NCBI GenBank assembly: GCA_016207465.1
Contig: JACQPP010000090.1
Coordinates: forward strand, 1 to 51,828
DNA length: 51,828 nt
Origin: Methanobacteriota archaeon
GTDB taxonomy: Archaea; Halobacteriota; Syntropharchaeia; JACQPP01
Direction: 5' to 3'
Position 1 is the first letter of the stretch. Each line of letters begins with the position of its first letter. The position numbers were made by a program, and so were the translations under genes. The notes beneath the pieces were generated by a model. It was not told the origin of the DNA. It did not search any database and saw only the letters and a list, made by a program, of their open reading frames with translations. Positions 1 through 9,376 of the stretch are shown in pieces.

Positions 1-1078
1 AGACCATCTCGTCCTCGCCGATTTTGCGCTCCTCCACCAGCCCGGCGTAGCCCAGGTCGTCCTTGGTGATTTCGTCGATGCTGGTGGCCACCTTGGCCCC
101 GGTGGCCCGCGCCAGCTTCTCCATGTCGCTCTCCTTGACCCGGCGCACCGCCAGGATGTTCTTCTTGGCCAGGAAGTGCTGGGCCAGGTCGTCGATGCCC
201 TTCTGGCAGAAGAGGACGTTGGCCCCCGTGGCCGCAATCTTCTCCGCCATGCCCCGGAGCATCTTCTCCTCCTGGTCCATGAAGGACTGGAGCTGGTCCG
301 GGGAGGTGATTTCAATCTTGGCGTCCACCTCGGTCTTCTCAATCTCCAGGGCGCTGTCCACCAGGGCAATCCGGGCCTTCTCAATCTTGGTGGGCATCCC
401 CGGGTGGACCTTCTCCTTGTCCACAATCATGCCCTCGATGAGCTGGCTGTCCTCGACGGAGCCCCCCATCTTCTTCTCCACCTTGATGTGGTCCACATCC
501 ACCTTGCCGTTCTCGTCCACCACGGCCTTCACGGCCTTGACGGAGAGCTTGGCGAAGTGCTCCAGGGCCACGTCGGCCCCCTTGCCGGTTATGGAGGTGG
601 TGGCAATCTTCCGGAGGGCCGCCTCGTCGTCCGGGGAGACCTTGACGGCGAGCTTGTCCAGGATTTCAAAGCACTTGGTGGATGCCAGCCGGTAGCCGGC
701 GGCGATGGTGGTGGGGTGCACATCCTGGTCAATGAGATCCTCGGCCTTCTTCAGCAGCTCCCCCGCCAGCACAACGGCGGTGGTGGTCCCGTCCCCCACC
801 TCGTCGTCCTGGGTCTTCGCCACCTCGACCATCATCTTGGCCGCGGGATGCTCGATGTCCATCTCCTTCAGGATGGTGGCCCCGTCGTTGGTGATGACCA
901 CATCCCCCATGGAGTCCACCAGCATCTTGTCCATGCCCTTCGGCCCAAGGGTGGTTCGCACCGCCGCCGCCACCGCCTTGGCCGCCAGGATATTCCGGCC
1001 CTGGGCCTCCCGGCCCCGAGTCCGCTCCGAGCCCTCCTTCAAGATGAAAATCGGTTGTCCCGACAGTTGTCCGCCCAT
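1..1078 (-). CDS. ths: Thermosome (group II chaperonin) subunit, N-terminal ~359 aa; the 3-prime end runs off the left edge
   Basis: Reverse translation from ATG (1078-1076) reads [59 protein letters not shown]...[13 protein letters not shown]. This is a canonical thermosome N-terminus with the GDGTTT nucleotide motif. It is missing from the ORF track because it has no stop inside the window. Confidence 0.93.
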   Translation of the reverse strand, partial: MGGQLSGQPIFILKEGSERTRGREAQGRNILAAKAVAAAVRTTLGPKGMDKMLVDSMGDVVITNDGATILKEMDIEHPAAKMMVEVAKTQDDEVGDGTTTAVVLAGELLKKAEDLIDQDVHPTTIAAGYRLASTKCFEILDKLAVKVSPDDEAALRKIATTSITGKGADVALEHFAKLSVKAVKAVVDENGKVDVDHIKVEKKMGGSVEDSQLIEGMIVDKEKVHPGMPTKIEKARIALVDSALEIEKTEVDAKIEITSPDQLQSFMDQEEKMLRGMAEKIAATGANVLFCQKGIDDLAQHFLAKKNILAVRRVKESDMEKLARATGAKVATSIDEITKDDLGYAGLVEERKIGEDEMV

Positions 1079-1138
1079 AGATACCTCCTGTTTTCACTGG
1101 AAAGTGGAACCCAGATAGAAATAAAGTTCTATATAAAG

Positions 1139-1414
1139 CTATCGCTTCTTTTTCTCTTCCGCCGCGGCCGGGGACACCTTCTTGGACTCCACCTGGCGCA
1201 TGATGACGATGTCCGCAACGGCGGTGATCCAGCGGTAGGGGATGATGACCCCGCGGGCGTCCACGTCGAAGAGGTCGCGGTTCACGTTGCCCACGGCGAT
1301 GCCGAGGATGCGCTTGTCGTTGGGGTCCAGCACCACATCATCCACGCGCCCCACAAACTTTCCCTTGGTCGTATAGACGTCGAGATTGTGGAAGGCGGAC
1401 AGTTCCATCCGCAT
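1139..1414 (-). CDS. PRC-barrel domain protein (small, archaeal type)
   Basis: 91-aa ORF. The stretch LDVYTTKGKFVGRVDDVVLDPNDKRILGIAVGN...VIIPYRWI fits the PRC-barrel pattern. Third-position GC is high. The start could be the ATG at 1408. Confidence 0.7.
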   Translation of the reverse strand: MRMELSAFHNLDVYTTKGKFVGRVDDVVLDPNDKRILGIAVGNVNRDLFDVDARGVIIPYRWITAVADIVIMRQVESKKVSPAAAEEKKKR

Positions 1415-1524
1415 AGGAAATCAGGGGATACATGGCCCCTCCGTATTAAAACTTTGTGGTTTCCGGTTGCCGGAAAAGCGAGTTGCCGGAGCCCTCCCGG
1501 GGCTTTAAGTATATGTAGTCCGAT

Positions 1525-2808
1525 GTGGTAGTCCTGGGTCGCGAGGAATCCGTGAAGTCTCCCATCCTGAAGAACCCCCGGCTGGCCGCGGAGGGCAGGA
1601 GGCGCATTGATTACGTCTCGGGGCGGATGCCGGTGCTGGAGCGGGTGCGGCGGGAGTTCCAGCGGGGCCGTCCCCTGCGGGGGCTGCGGGTGGTGGCCTG
1701 CCTCCATGTGACGGTGGAGACCGCCAACCTCATCCGCACCCTCCGGGCGGGGGGCGCCCAGGTGGCCGTGACCGGCTCGAATCCGCTCTCCACCCAGGAT
1801 GACATCGCCGCCGCCCTGGCCCGGGAGGGGGTCCACACCTATGCCTTCCGGGGGCAGAGCCAGCGGGACTACTACCGCTGCATCCAGGCGGCCCTCGACA
1901 TCCGCCCCCAGGTGGTCCTGGACGACGGGGCCGACGTGATTGCTACCCTCCACCACGAGCGGCAGGACCTCCTCGAGGGGGTGGTGGGGGCCTGCGAGGA
2001 GACCACCACCGGCGTGGTGCGCCTGCGGGCCCTGGAGGCCCAGGGGCGGCTTCGCTTCCCGGTGCTGGCGGTGAACGACGCGGAGACCAAGATGATGTTC
2101 GACAACCGCTATGGGACGGGCCAGTCCACCCTCCACGGGGTGATGAACGCCACCAACATCCTCTTCGCGGGGAGGGCGGTGGTGGTGGCGGGATACGGCT
2201 GGTGCGGGCGGGGCATCGCGAGCCGAGCCCGGGGGCTGGGGGCCAACGTGATTGTGGTGGAGGTCCACCCCCGCAAGGCCCTGGAGGCGCTCATGGACGG
2301 CTACCGGGTGATGCCCATGTCGGAGGCGGCCCCCCTGGGGGAGGTCTTCATCACCGCCACCGGCGACACCTCCGTCCTCCGCGCCGAGCATTTCCGCCGG
2401 ATGCCCGATGGGGCCATCCTCTCCAACGCGGGCCACTTCAACGTGGAGGTGGACATCGCGGCCCTGCGCCGGGCCTCCCGGCGGGTGCGGACCATCCGGG
2501 AGAACCTGGTGGAGTTCACCCTCCGGGGCGGCCGGAGGCTCTACCTGCTGGCCGACGGGAGGCTCGTCAACCTCGCGGCGGCCCAGGGACACCCCCCGGA
2601 GGTCATGGACATGAGTTTCGCCAACCAGGCCCTCGGCGTCCGCTATCTGGCCCAGCGCCGGGGGGAACTGGAGCCCCGGGTCTACCCCATCCCCCACGAC
2701 ATCGACGACCAGGTGGCCCGGCTGAAACTGGCGACCCTCGGCGTCCGCACCGAGACCCTCACCCGGCAGCAGGAGAAATACCTCTCCTCCTGGGAACTCG
2801 GAACCTAA
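1525..2808 (+). CDS. ahcY: S-adenosyl-L-homocysteine hydrolase
   Basis: 427-aa ORF with LHVTVETANLIRTL, DDGAD, EETTTGV, FPVLAVNDAETK..FDNRYGTGQS and the NAD-binding VVVAGYGWCGRG. The start codon is uncertain (GTG 1525 or GTG 1549). Confidence 0.93.
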   Translation: MVVLGREESVKSPILKNPRLAAEGRRRIDYVSGRMPVLERVRREFQRGRPLRGLRVVACLHVTVETANLIRTLRAGGAQVAVTGSNPLSTQDDIAAALAREGVHTYAFRGQSQRDYYRCIQAALDIRPQVVLDDGADVIATLHHERQDLLEGVVGACEETTTGVVRLRALEAQGRLRFPVLAVNDAETKMMFDNRYGTGQSTLHGVMNATNILFAGRAVVVAGYGWCGRGIASRARGLGANVIVVEVHPRKALEALMDGYRVMPMSEAAPLGEVFITATGDTSVLRAEHFRRMPDGAILSNAGHFNVEVDIAALRRASRRVRTIRENLVEFTLRGGRRLYLLADGRLVNLAAAQGHPPEVMDMSFANQALGVRYLAQRRGELEPRVYPIPHDIDDQVARLKLATLGVRTETLTRQQEKYLSSWELGT

Positions 2809-3563
2809 CCTCCTACGACCATCCGGGGAAACCTCGCGGCGTAGTCGCGGGCCTCGCGGACCTCCTCCGGGGTGGCCCACTTGGCCATCTCCCCGCCCCG
2901 CTCGAGGGCATGGTGGAGGCGCAGGAGCTTCTTGAGCCGCGCCCGGGCCTCCGCAATCTCCCTCGGGGCCGGGGGGTGCCAGCCGCGGGCCCGCCCCAGC
3001 TTGTAGACCACGTCCCGGAGCCGCTCGTCCTCCGGGTTCTCCTGGACCTCCATGAGCACCTCGTCCACCGTGGGGGGCCGCAGGAGCCGGGCCTCCAGGG
3101 TCTCCAGGGCGGTGGGGATGACCCGCATGAGGTTCTTGTGGGGGTAGTTGAGGGGGATGTAGCCGCACATGTAGACCGCGTGCTTCTTCTGCTTGGGGAG
3201 GGCGTAGAGGCTGGTCCACCGCTCCCCCTGGAGGCAGGGGAGGCGGATGAGCTCCCCCTCCTGGACCATCCGGCGCACCTGCCGGTGGAAGGTCATCTCC
3301 GTGATGCCCAGCCCCTGGAGGTTCTCCACCAGCTCCTCGGTGGTCCGCGGCCCCTTCTGGAAGAGGGAGAGAAGGTCCAGGGGCTCCCCACGCCTCTCCC
3401 CGCTGTCCCGCTCCACCACCACCCGGGCCCCCCGCTCGGCCCTCTCCAGGGTGAGGCGCACCGCGTCCCGGGGGCCCCAGCCCAGGAACCTCAACTGCTC
3501 CCCGTCCAGGGCCACCAGGGCCCCCCCGCGCCCCGAGGGACGGAGCCTCGCCGCCTTGGCCAT
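2805..3563 (-). CDS. Hypothetical protein with a winged-helix-like central segment (possible transcription regulator)
   Basis: ORF 2805..3593 trimmed to MAKAARL (ATG 3563). The segment PLDLLSLFQKGPRTTEELVENLQGLGITEMTFHRQVRRMVQEGELIRL looks like a wHTH. I recognise no family. Confidence 0.5.
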   Translation of the reverse strand: MAKAARLRPSGRGGALVALDGEQLRFLGWGPRDAVRLTLERAERGARVVVERDSGERRGEPLDLLSLFQKGPRTTEELVENLQGLGITEMTFHRQVRRMVQEGELIRLPCLQGERWTSLYALPKQKKHAVYMCGYIPLNYPHKNLMRVIPTALETLEARLLRPPTVDEVLMEVQENPEDERLRDVVYKLGRARGWHPPAPREIAEARARLKKLLRLHHALERGGEMAKWATPEEVREARDYAARFPRMVVGG

Positions 3564-3608
3564 CTCTGAACCCTTATATCCCGCGCCCCTCATCTAATCG
3601 TCGCCGCC

Positions 3609-4718
3609 ATGGCCACCCGGGAGAAGACCCTCACCGACTACCTGCGCTCCCTCTACGGCCCCACCGTCCAAGGGGTCCGGGTCTCCGAGCTGGGCCGTCC
3701 CACCCCGGGACAAATCAAGAGGTTCGGATACGGCCGCCCCTACCAGGTGGAGTTCCAGGTCCATGGCCGGCCCCGGCGGGCGGTCCTCGCCTCCATCGTC
3801 GAATCCCCATTCGGCCACGAGACCCCCTGGGACCGCGCGGGAATCCTCCTCTGGCAACACCACGCCTTCAACACCCTCCCGGGCCACGCCCGCTCTCTCG
3901 ACGTGGGCTTCTTCACCCCCCGCGGGGAGATGCGGAGCGCCGGAGAGGCCGAGGAGTTCTTCCAACTCATGGAGATGGCCCCCGGAGACACCTACGCGAA
4001 GGACCTGGAGCGAATCCGCGCCACCGGGGCCACCCCCCTCGACCAGCGCCGGGTGGACTCCATGGCCTCCTACCTCGCCGGAATCCACCGCCGCAAGTCC
4101 CGGAAGGCCATCCTCTGGCACCGCCGGGTCCGCGACCTCGTCGGCCACGGAGAGATGATACTCGGCATGGGCGACTCCTACCCCCCCGGCTGGGAGCGCA
4201 GGCTCGCCGGGGTCGAGAAACAGGCCGTCGAGTGGCGCTGGAAACTCAAGCAGTATCCCCACCGCCTCTCCTGGGTCCACGGGGACTTCCACCCCTGGAA
4301 CATCCTGTTCACTCTCCCCCCATCCGCAGGAGGGGGGGAGTCTCGACGCAGTCGGGACCAGGGGGTGAAGTTCCACCTCCTGGACCGCTCCCGCGGCGAG
4401 TGGGGGGAACCCGGGGACGACGTGAGCAGCATCACCATCAACTACATCCTCTTCAGCGTCCTCAAGCACGGAAAACTGGCGGGGGACTACCAGAGGCTGT
4501 TCGAGAGGTTCTACCAGGTCTATCTGAAGAAATCCGGGGACCGGGAGATGCTCGATGTCATCCAGCCCTGGTACGCATTCCGGGGGCTCGTCGTGGCGAG
4601 CCCGGTGTGGTATCCCAACCACACGAAACGGCAACGGGAGGCCCTGTTCGGGTTCGTGGAGAATGTGATGGATGTGAAGCGATTTGACCCGAAGCGGGTG
4701 AACCGGTATCTGGGTTAG
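3609..4718 (+). CDS. Phosphotransferase-family (APH/choline-kinase-like) small-molecule kinase
   Basis: 369-aa ORF with the catalytic-loop-like HGDFHPWNILF and a downstream LLDRSRGEWGEPGDDVS (DxxxGD-like). It is divergent from 2805..3563. Confidence 0.65.
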   Translation: MATREKTLTDYLRSLYGPTVQGVRVSELGRPTPGQIKRFGYGRPYQVEFQVHGRPRRAVLASIVESPFGHETPWDRAGILLWQHHAFNTLPGHARSLDVGFFTPRGEMRSAGEAEEFFQLMEMAPGDTYAKDLERIRATGATPLDQRRVDSMASYLAGIHRRKSRKAILWHRRVRDLVGHGEMILGMGDSYPPGWERRLAGVEKQAVEWRWKLKQYPHRLSWVHGDFHPWNILFTLPPSAGGGESRRSRDQGVKFHLLDRSRGEWGEPGDDVSSITINYILFSVLKHGKLAGDYQRLFERFYQVYLKKSGDREMLDVIQPWYAFRGLVVASPVWYPNHTKRQREALFGFVENVMDVKRFDPKRVNRYLG

Positions 4719-4921
4719 CCCCCCGACACCACCCGTAGCACCCGCACCTCTCCCTCCTCCACCTTCTCGTCCCCGGGGACCGGGTTCTCCCCGCGGAACA
4801 CCACGACGGTCTCGGGGTTGAATCCGAGTTTCTCCATGGCCTGGTCGTAGGTGGTCCCCTCGGGGAGTTCGAGGGTCTGTTCGCCCTGGGGGAATAGTTT
4901 CACGTGGATTTGCACCATCAT
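4715..4921 (-). CDS. MoaD/ThiS-family ubiquitin-like small modifier (SAMP-like) ending in Gly-Gly
   Basis: 68-aa ORF ending ...VRVLRVVSGG-stop. Length and pattern (LELPEGTTY..A...LG, C-terminal diglycine) fit a beta-grasp protein. It lies 13 nt downstream of the acyl-CoA synthetase gene. Confidence 0.72.
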   Translation of the reverse strand: MMVQIHVKLFPQGEQTLELPEGTTYDQAMEKLGFNPETVVVFRGENPVPGDEKVEEGEVRVLRVVSGG

Positions 4922-4934
4922 CTGCGTAATCTGT

Positions 4935-6875
4935 TTACTGCCGGAACATCTCTTTCACTTTGGCCCTCTGGACCTTGCCGACGGGGGTGATGGGGAGTTG
5001 TTCGGCGAAGCGCACCGATTTGGGTTTCTTGTATCCGGCCATCTTTCCCTTGCACCACTCCAGTATCTCCTGCTCGGTCACGGTGGCCCCGGGTTTGGGC
5101 TGGATGACGGCGCGGACGGCCTCTCCCCATTCGGGGTCGGGGACTCCGATGACGCAGACCTCCTCGACGGCGGGGTGCTTGGCGAGGAGTTCCTCGACTT
5201 CGAGGGGGTAGATTTTCTCGGCGCCGCTGTTGATGCATTCCCCGGTGCGTTCGAGGACGTAGATGAGTCCCTCCTCGTCGCGGCGGGCGAGGTCGCCGCT
5301 GTGGAACCAGCCGTCGCGTATTGCTTTTTTGGTCTTCTCCTCGTCTTTGTAGTATCCGGCCATGATGGTCTCGGCCTTGTAGATGAGTTCCCCCGGCTGT
5401 CCCGAGGGCACGTCGCGGCCCTGCTCGTCCACGATGCGGATTTCGACTCCGGGGAGGCCGGGGCCGATGCACCGCTCCTGGACCATCTGGATGTCGGCGT
5501 CGATGTTCATGGAGACGGCGGGGCTCATCTCGGTCTGGCCCATGACGTCGGCCACGATGGCGTTGGGGAACACCTGGAGCATCTGCTTCTTGATGTCGCC
5601 GGGGAGGAGGGCGGCGCCGCTGACGCAGGTGGCGATGCCGGAGAGGTCTAATTCCCGGAGCGGAGGGTGCTGGAGGAGGCGCTTCCACATGGTGGGAACC
5701 AGGAAGATGATGGCGGGCTTCTCGCGGCGGAGGATGTCCACCACCTCCTGGGGGTCGAAGCGGGATTTGGAGAGGAGGAGGAGGGCGCCGCCCCCGGCGA
5801 TAATCCAGGTGCACATGAAGGAGTAGCCCCCGCCGTGGAACAGGGGGGGACCCAGGATGGTCTTGTGCTCCGTGCGGCCCCCCTCGGAGATTGCGCGGAC
5901 CGCCTTCAGGAAGGGGATGGTGTTCCGGGTCACCCGGACCTTCTTCCGGAGTGCCATGGCGATGACGTGGAGGCGCGCGAAGGGCCGCTTGGACCAGATG
6001 TAGGCGAGGAGTTTGCCCATCTCGATGGGCACGTTTCCCCGCACGCTCATGCGGAAATGGGGGCCGGGGGGCTCCCCCCGGTAGGCGTGGAGGCGCCCCT
6101 CCCGGGCCACCAGGCTGATGACGGAGTGGGCCTGGTCGATGACCAGGGGCGTCCCCTGGAACTCGGGCTTCTGGAGGGCCTTGACCATCTCCGCCAGCCG
6201 GGTGGAGAGGCCGAAGGCGAGCCTGCGGTCGAACTCCCCGCTCCGGGACTTGCCCCACGGGGGCAGGAAGGCGTCGAGGGCCCGGGTGGCCATGTCCATG
6301 TCCTTCAGGAAGTGGGAGTAGGTGAGGACCACCCCCTTCGGCATCCCTGTGGTCCCCCCCGTGTAGAGCAGGGCCGCGACATCGCTCTCCGGGACCTTCA
6401 CCCGGGGCTCCCGGGGTGAGTGGGAGTCCCGCCAGGCGGCGTACTCGGGGCCCCGGTTCACGGATTCTCCCTGGCAGACCACGTGGCGCACCCCCTTCAG
6501 GTTCGGCAGGGCCCGCTGGACCTCGGGGAGGAACTCCCGGTCGAGGAGGATGACCTCGGAGTCCGAGTTGTTGACAATGTATTCGATTTCCCCCGCCACG
6601 AAGCGGTAGTTGAGGGGCACCGACACGGCGCCGAGTTTCTGGATTCCCAGGTTGGTCTCGATGAACTCGGGGGAATTGCGGAACAGGAACGCGACCTTGG
6701 TCCCCCGCCGGACCCCCAGGGAGCGGAGGCCGTTGGCCACCCGGTTCGCCCGGGCGTTCAACATGGACCAGGTGAGCCGCTCCTCCCCCGAGAGGAGGCA
6801 GAGGTCGTCGGGGATGTGCCTGGCGAAGAGGGCCACTCGGGCGCCGAACATGGGTTCCCGCGAATTTCGTCGCAC
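4935..6875 (-). CDS. AMP-dependent acyl-CoA synthetase/ligase (ANL superfamily) with a large internal insertion
   Basis: 646-aa ORF with YTGGTTGMPKGV (A3), PLFHGGG (A4), GQTE, GELIYKAETIMAGYY, WFHSGDLARRDEEGLIYVLER and the terminal KVQRAK lysine motif. About 160 residues separate A3 from A4, against roughly 35-45 in enzymes I remember. Confidence 0.9.
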   Translation of the reverse strand: MRRNSREPMFGARVALFARHIPDDLCLLSGEERLTWSMLNARANRVANGLRSLGVRRGTKVAFLFRNSPEFIETNLGIQKLGAVSVPLNYRFVAGEIEYIVNNSDSEVILLDREFLPEVQRALPNLKGVRHVVCQGESVNRGPEYAAWRDSHSPREPRVKVPESDVAALLYTGGTTGMPKGVVLTYSHFLKDMDMATRALDAFLPPWGKSRSGEFDRRLAFGLSTRLAEMVKALQKPEFQGTPLVIDQAHSVISLVAREGRLHAYRGEPPGPHFRMSVRGNVPIEMGKLLAYIWSKRPFARLHVIAMALRKKVRVTRNTIPFLKAVRAISEGGRTEHKTILGPPLFHGGGYSFMCTWIIAGGGALLLLSKSRFDPQEVVDILRREKPAIIFLVPTMWKRLLQHPPLRELDLSGIATCVSGAALLPGDIKKQMLQVFPNAIVADVMGQTEMSPAVSMNIDADIQMVQERCIGPGLPGVEIRIVDEQGRDVPSGQPGELIYKAETIMAGYYKDEEKTKKAIRDGWFHSGDLARRDEEGLIYVLERTGECINSGAEKIYPLEVEELLAKHPAVEEVCVIGVPDPEWGEAVRAVIQPKPGATVTEQEILEWCKGKMAGYKKPKSVRFAEQLPITPVGKVQRAKVKEMFRQ

Positions 6876-6895
6876 CAGAGACGGATAAATGTTGT

Positions 6896-8617
6896 TCAGA
6901 TGGCCACCTTCACCTGGCTCCGGCCCCCGGTGTTCTGCACCACGATGACATGGCTCTTGTCGTCCACCACCACCGTCCCCGGGGTCACATAGAGATACTG
7001 GGAGTCGCCCACGGCGCCGAGAATCTGCCGCATCACGGTCTCCCGGTTGATGGGGTCCATGTGGACGTCGAACTCGTCAATGGCCCGCACGGGGCTGTGG
7101 ACATACCGCTGGAGGGAGAGGAGGAAGGCCATGACGCTGGTGGTGCGCTCCCCCCCGCTCTGGGTGTAGGCGTCGAGGACCTGGGGCTCCGAGCCCCGGA
7201 ACCCCACCAGCAGCTCGAGGCCCGCCTTCTCCAGGTCCTCGGCCTCCACGAGCCGGAGGTCCCCCGTGGCCCCCACCACCCCCAGGAGCCTCCGGTAGTC
7301 GCCCCCAACCCTCTGGAGGAGGTCGCTGACCATCTGGCGCCAGCGGCCTTTCCGCTCGTCCACCTCGGCCAGGGCCCGCTGGCGGTTCTCGTCGGCCACC
7401 CGGGCCTTCTCCCGCAGCTCGTCGGCCATCCGCCGGTAGGAATCGTAGATTCCCTCCACCTCCTCGGTGACCCCCTCCAGGGCCTGGAGGTGGGCCTCCA
7501 CCAGCCTGCGCTCGTCCCCCACCTCGGAGGGCTTCCGCTGGGTCTCCACCCGCGCCCCCTGGGCCTCCGCGGCCCCCCGGAGGTCATCCCGCTCCTTCAG
7601 GGCGGCCACCCGGTCCCTCTCCAGCTGGCGTCGCTCCCGCTCCAGCAAATCCGCGCGGAAGCCCTCCACCGCCCCCCGGGCGCGGGCCTCCGCCATCCCC
7701 TCGGCGGCCTCCAGGACCCCCCGGCGGCTCTCCGCGGCCCGGTCCATCTCCCTCCTCTGAAGAAGCCGGCTCTCCAGGTCCATCAGCCGGGTCTCCAGTT
7801 CCCCCCGGGCCTCCCCGGCCCTCCCCAGGGCCCCTTCGGCCTCCCGGCGGGCCTCCCCGGCGGCCCGGGTCTTCTCCTCGATTTTCAGGGTGAGGGTCTC
7901 CACTTGGCGCTCGGCCCGCAGGGCCGCGGCCCACGCCTCCTCCAGCCGCAGGGCCTCCTGCTGCCGCTGCAGTTCCTGCTTGCGGAGCCACTTCCCGTGC
8001 TCCCTCTCCCAGTATTGGAGGGTCTCCTCGGCGCGGCGGAGCATGGCGTCCACGCTCCCCGCCTCCTGGGCCATGGAGCGCAGGGTCCCCTGGGCCTCCA
8101 GCACCCGCGCGCGGTAGTCGGCGAGCCCCGCGGCCTCCTCCACCATCCGCAGTTTCTCCGCCGGGGAGACCAGCCCGAAGGTCTCAATCATGTTCTGGTG
8201 CATCACCAGCAGCATGTTGTCGGGGTCCAGCCCGATGTCCGCCAGCAGCCGCTCCACCTCCCCCCGCGTCGCCGCCTTGAAGTCCACCTCATGCCAGTAT
8301 TCCCCGCTCCGCTTCATGTAGCGGGAGAGGCGCACATCGTCCCCCCGCAAGCCGATGGGACGCGCCCCCCCGTTGCCGGTTTTCGGTCTGTTGTCCAGGA
8401 CGACAGTCACTCGGGCGAAGTCCTTGCCCCGCCGGATGAGGTCCGACAGCCTGCGGGAGCGCTCCGTGTAGGTCTGCCCCAGGGCCACCGCGAGGGCCAG
8501 GATGATGCTCGACTTCCCCGACCCGTTGGGTCCGCAGATGATGTTCACCCCCCCGCGGAGGGGGACCCGGGCGTACTCGTAGGACATGAAGTTCTCCAGA
8601 ATGACCTCTTTAATCAT
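6896..8617 (-). CDS. Short SMC/Rad50-like ABC ATPase with a central coiled coil
   Basis: ORF 6896..8818 trimmed to MIKEVILENFMSYEY (ATG 8617). It has Walker A GPNGSGKSS, about 300 aa of heptad-rich E/R/A/L sequence, signature QSGGERTTS and Walker B/D-loop AIDEFDVHMD. There is no CxxC zinc hook. Confidence 0.85.
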   Translation of the reverse strand: MIKEVILENFMSYEYARVPLRGGVNIICGPNGSGKSSIILALAVALGQTYTERSRRLSDLIRRGKDFARVTVVLDNRPKTGNGGARPIGLRGDDVRLSRYMKRSGEYWHEVDFKAATRGEVERLLADIGLDPDNMLLVMHQNMIETFGLVSPAEKLRMVEEAAGLADYRARVLEAQGTLRSMAQEAGSVDAMLRRAEETLQYWEREHGKWLRKQELQRQQEALRLEEAWAAALRAERQVETLTLKIEEKTRAAGEARREAEGALGRAGEARGELETRLMDLESRLLQRREMDRAAESRRGVLEAAEGMAEARARGAVEGFRADLLERERRQLERDRVAALKERDDLRGAAEAQGARVETQRKPSEVGDERRLVEAHLQALEGVTEEVEGIYDSYRRMADELREKARVADENRQRALAEVDERKGRWRQMVSDLLQRVGGDYRRLLGVVGATGDLRLVEAEDLEKAGLELLVGFRGSEPQVLDAYTQSGGERTTSVMAFLLSLQRYVHSPVRAIDEFDVHMDPINRETVMRQILGAVGDSQYLYVTPGTVVVDDKSHVIVVQNTGGRSQVKVAI

Positions 8618-8635
8618 CGGTGCCCCGGGGGTGTT

Positions 8636-8666
8636 CTTTTTAAGTCCCCCCTCTCCTCTTAAAAAC
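8636..8666. promoter_or_regulatory. Pair of inverted TATA-like boxes (CTTTTTAAG at 8636-8644 and CTTAAAAAC at 8658-8666) in the 55-nt divergent spacer
   Basis: Box 1 is centred 33 nt from the ATG at 8673 (+). Box 2 is centred 45 nt from the ATG at 8617 (-). In that assignment the two promoters interleave. Confidence 0.4.
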
Positions 8667-8672
8667 GCCACC

Positions 8673-9374
8673 ATGGTCCTCGCGGGAAAACTCTTTAAAC
8701 TGGCCGAGGAGGCGGAGCCCGCCACCCTCGCCCGCAAACTCAAGGACTTCCGGCGAGAGGAGCAGGCCGAGGTGGACGGCAAGCCCGTGCCCCTCGTCAC
8801 CGAAATCCAGGAACTCAAGCGGGACCCGGGGATGCTTACCGGCTTCCTCTGCCGCGACTACGTGTTCACGGTGCGCTACCGCGACGTCCCCGTCCCCGTC
8901 CAGGCCACCAGCCGGGTCAAGTTCGCCCTCCTCCCCCGCAAGACCAAGAAGAGCGAGGAGACCCTCCTGCTGGTCCTCGACAAGAAGCACCGGGCCAACG
9001 CCGTGGCCGCCCTCTTCGCCGAGGTCGCCCTTGCCGGCATCGTGGAGGCCCGCATCCCCCACGAGACCCTCAAGGGGCTCCACGAGTCCAACCCCGAGGC
9101 CACCAAGGTCATCTTCTTCGACGACATTGACATCCCCAACATCTCCAAGCTCAGCCTCTATGGCCACGCCCTCGCCCAGACCAAACTCTACACCGAATAC
9201 CTCAAGCACGGCAAAATCTGGTACGTCGTCTTCGAGAACCCCCCCCGTGGACCCGGGGGACGCCCCCTCACCGTGGGCATCACGCGCAACTCCATCGTAA
9301 CATTGTTCTCGCGGGTCGAGGAACCCGAGTTCATGGACTACGTGCGGGAGGAGGTCCTGCCCCTCATCTCGTAG
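8673..9374 (+). CDS. Hypothetical protein, divergent partner of the SMC-like ATPase
   Basis: ORF 8586..9374 trimmed to MVLAGKLFKL (ATG 8673). GC3 is high, and I recognise no family. Confidence 0.55.
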   Translation: MVLAGKLFKLAEEAEPATLARKLKDFRREEQAEVDGKPVPLVTEIQELKRDPGMLTGFLCRDYVFTVRYRDVPVPVQATSRVKFALLPRKTKKSEETLLLVLDKKHRANAVAALFAEVALAGIVEARIPHETLKGLHESNPEATKVIFFDDIDIPNISKLSLYGHALAQTKLYTEYLKHGKIWYVVFENPPRGPGGRPLTVGITRNSIVTLFSRVEEPEFMDYVREEVLPLIS

Positions 9375-9376
9375 CC

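Noticed and set aside
1282-3219. 645-aa minus-strand ORF.
   Set aside because: It is antisense to ahcY, whose identity is unambiguous.
5888-6278. Possible intein in the acyl-CoA synthetase insertion.
   Set aside because: There is no Cys/Ser at an N-extein junction, no block B TxxH, and no C-terminal HN plus Cys/Ser/Thr. The segment is too short and reads as a continuous basic helix-rich segment.
8618-8818. Upstream extension of the SMC-like ORF. The same kind of extension occurs for AOR (22020..22421), Lhr (18655..18714) and the SDR (45288..45788).
   Set aside because: The extensions start at alternative codons or overlap neighbouring genes and promoters. They lack the family N-terminal motifs, which appear right after internal ATGs.
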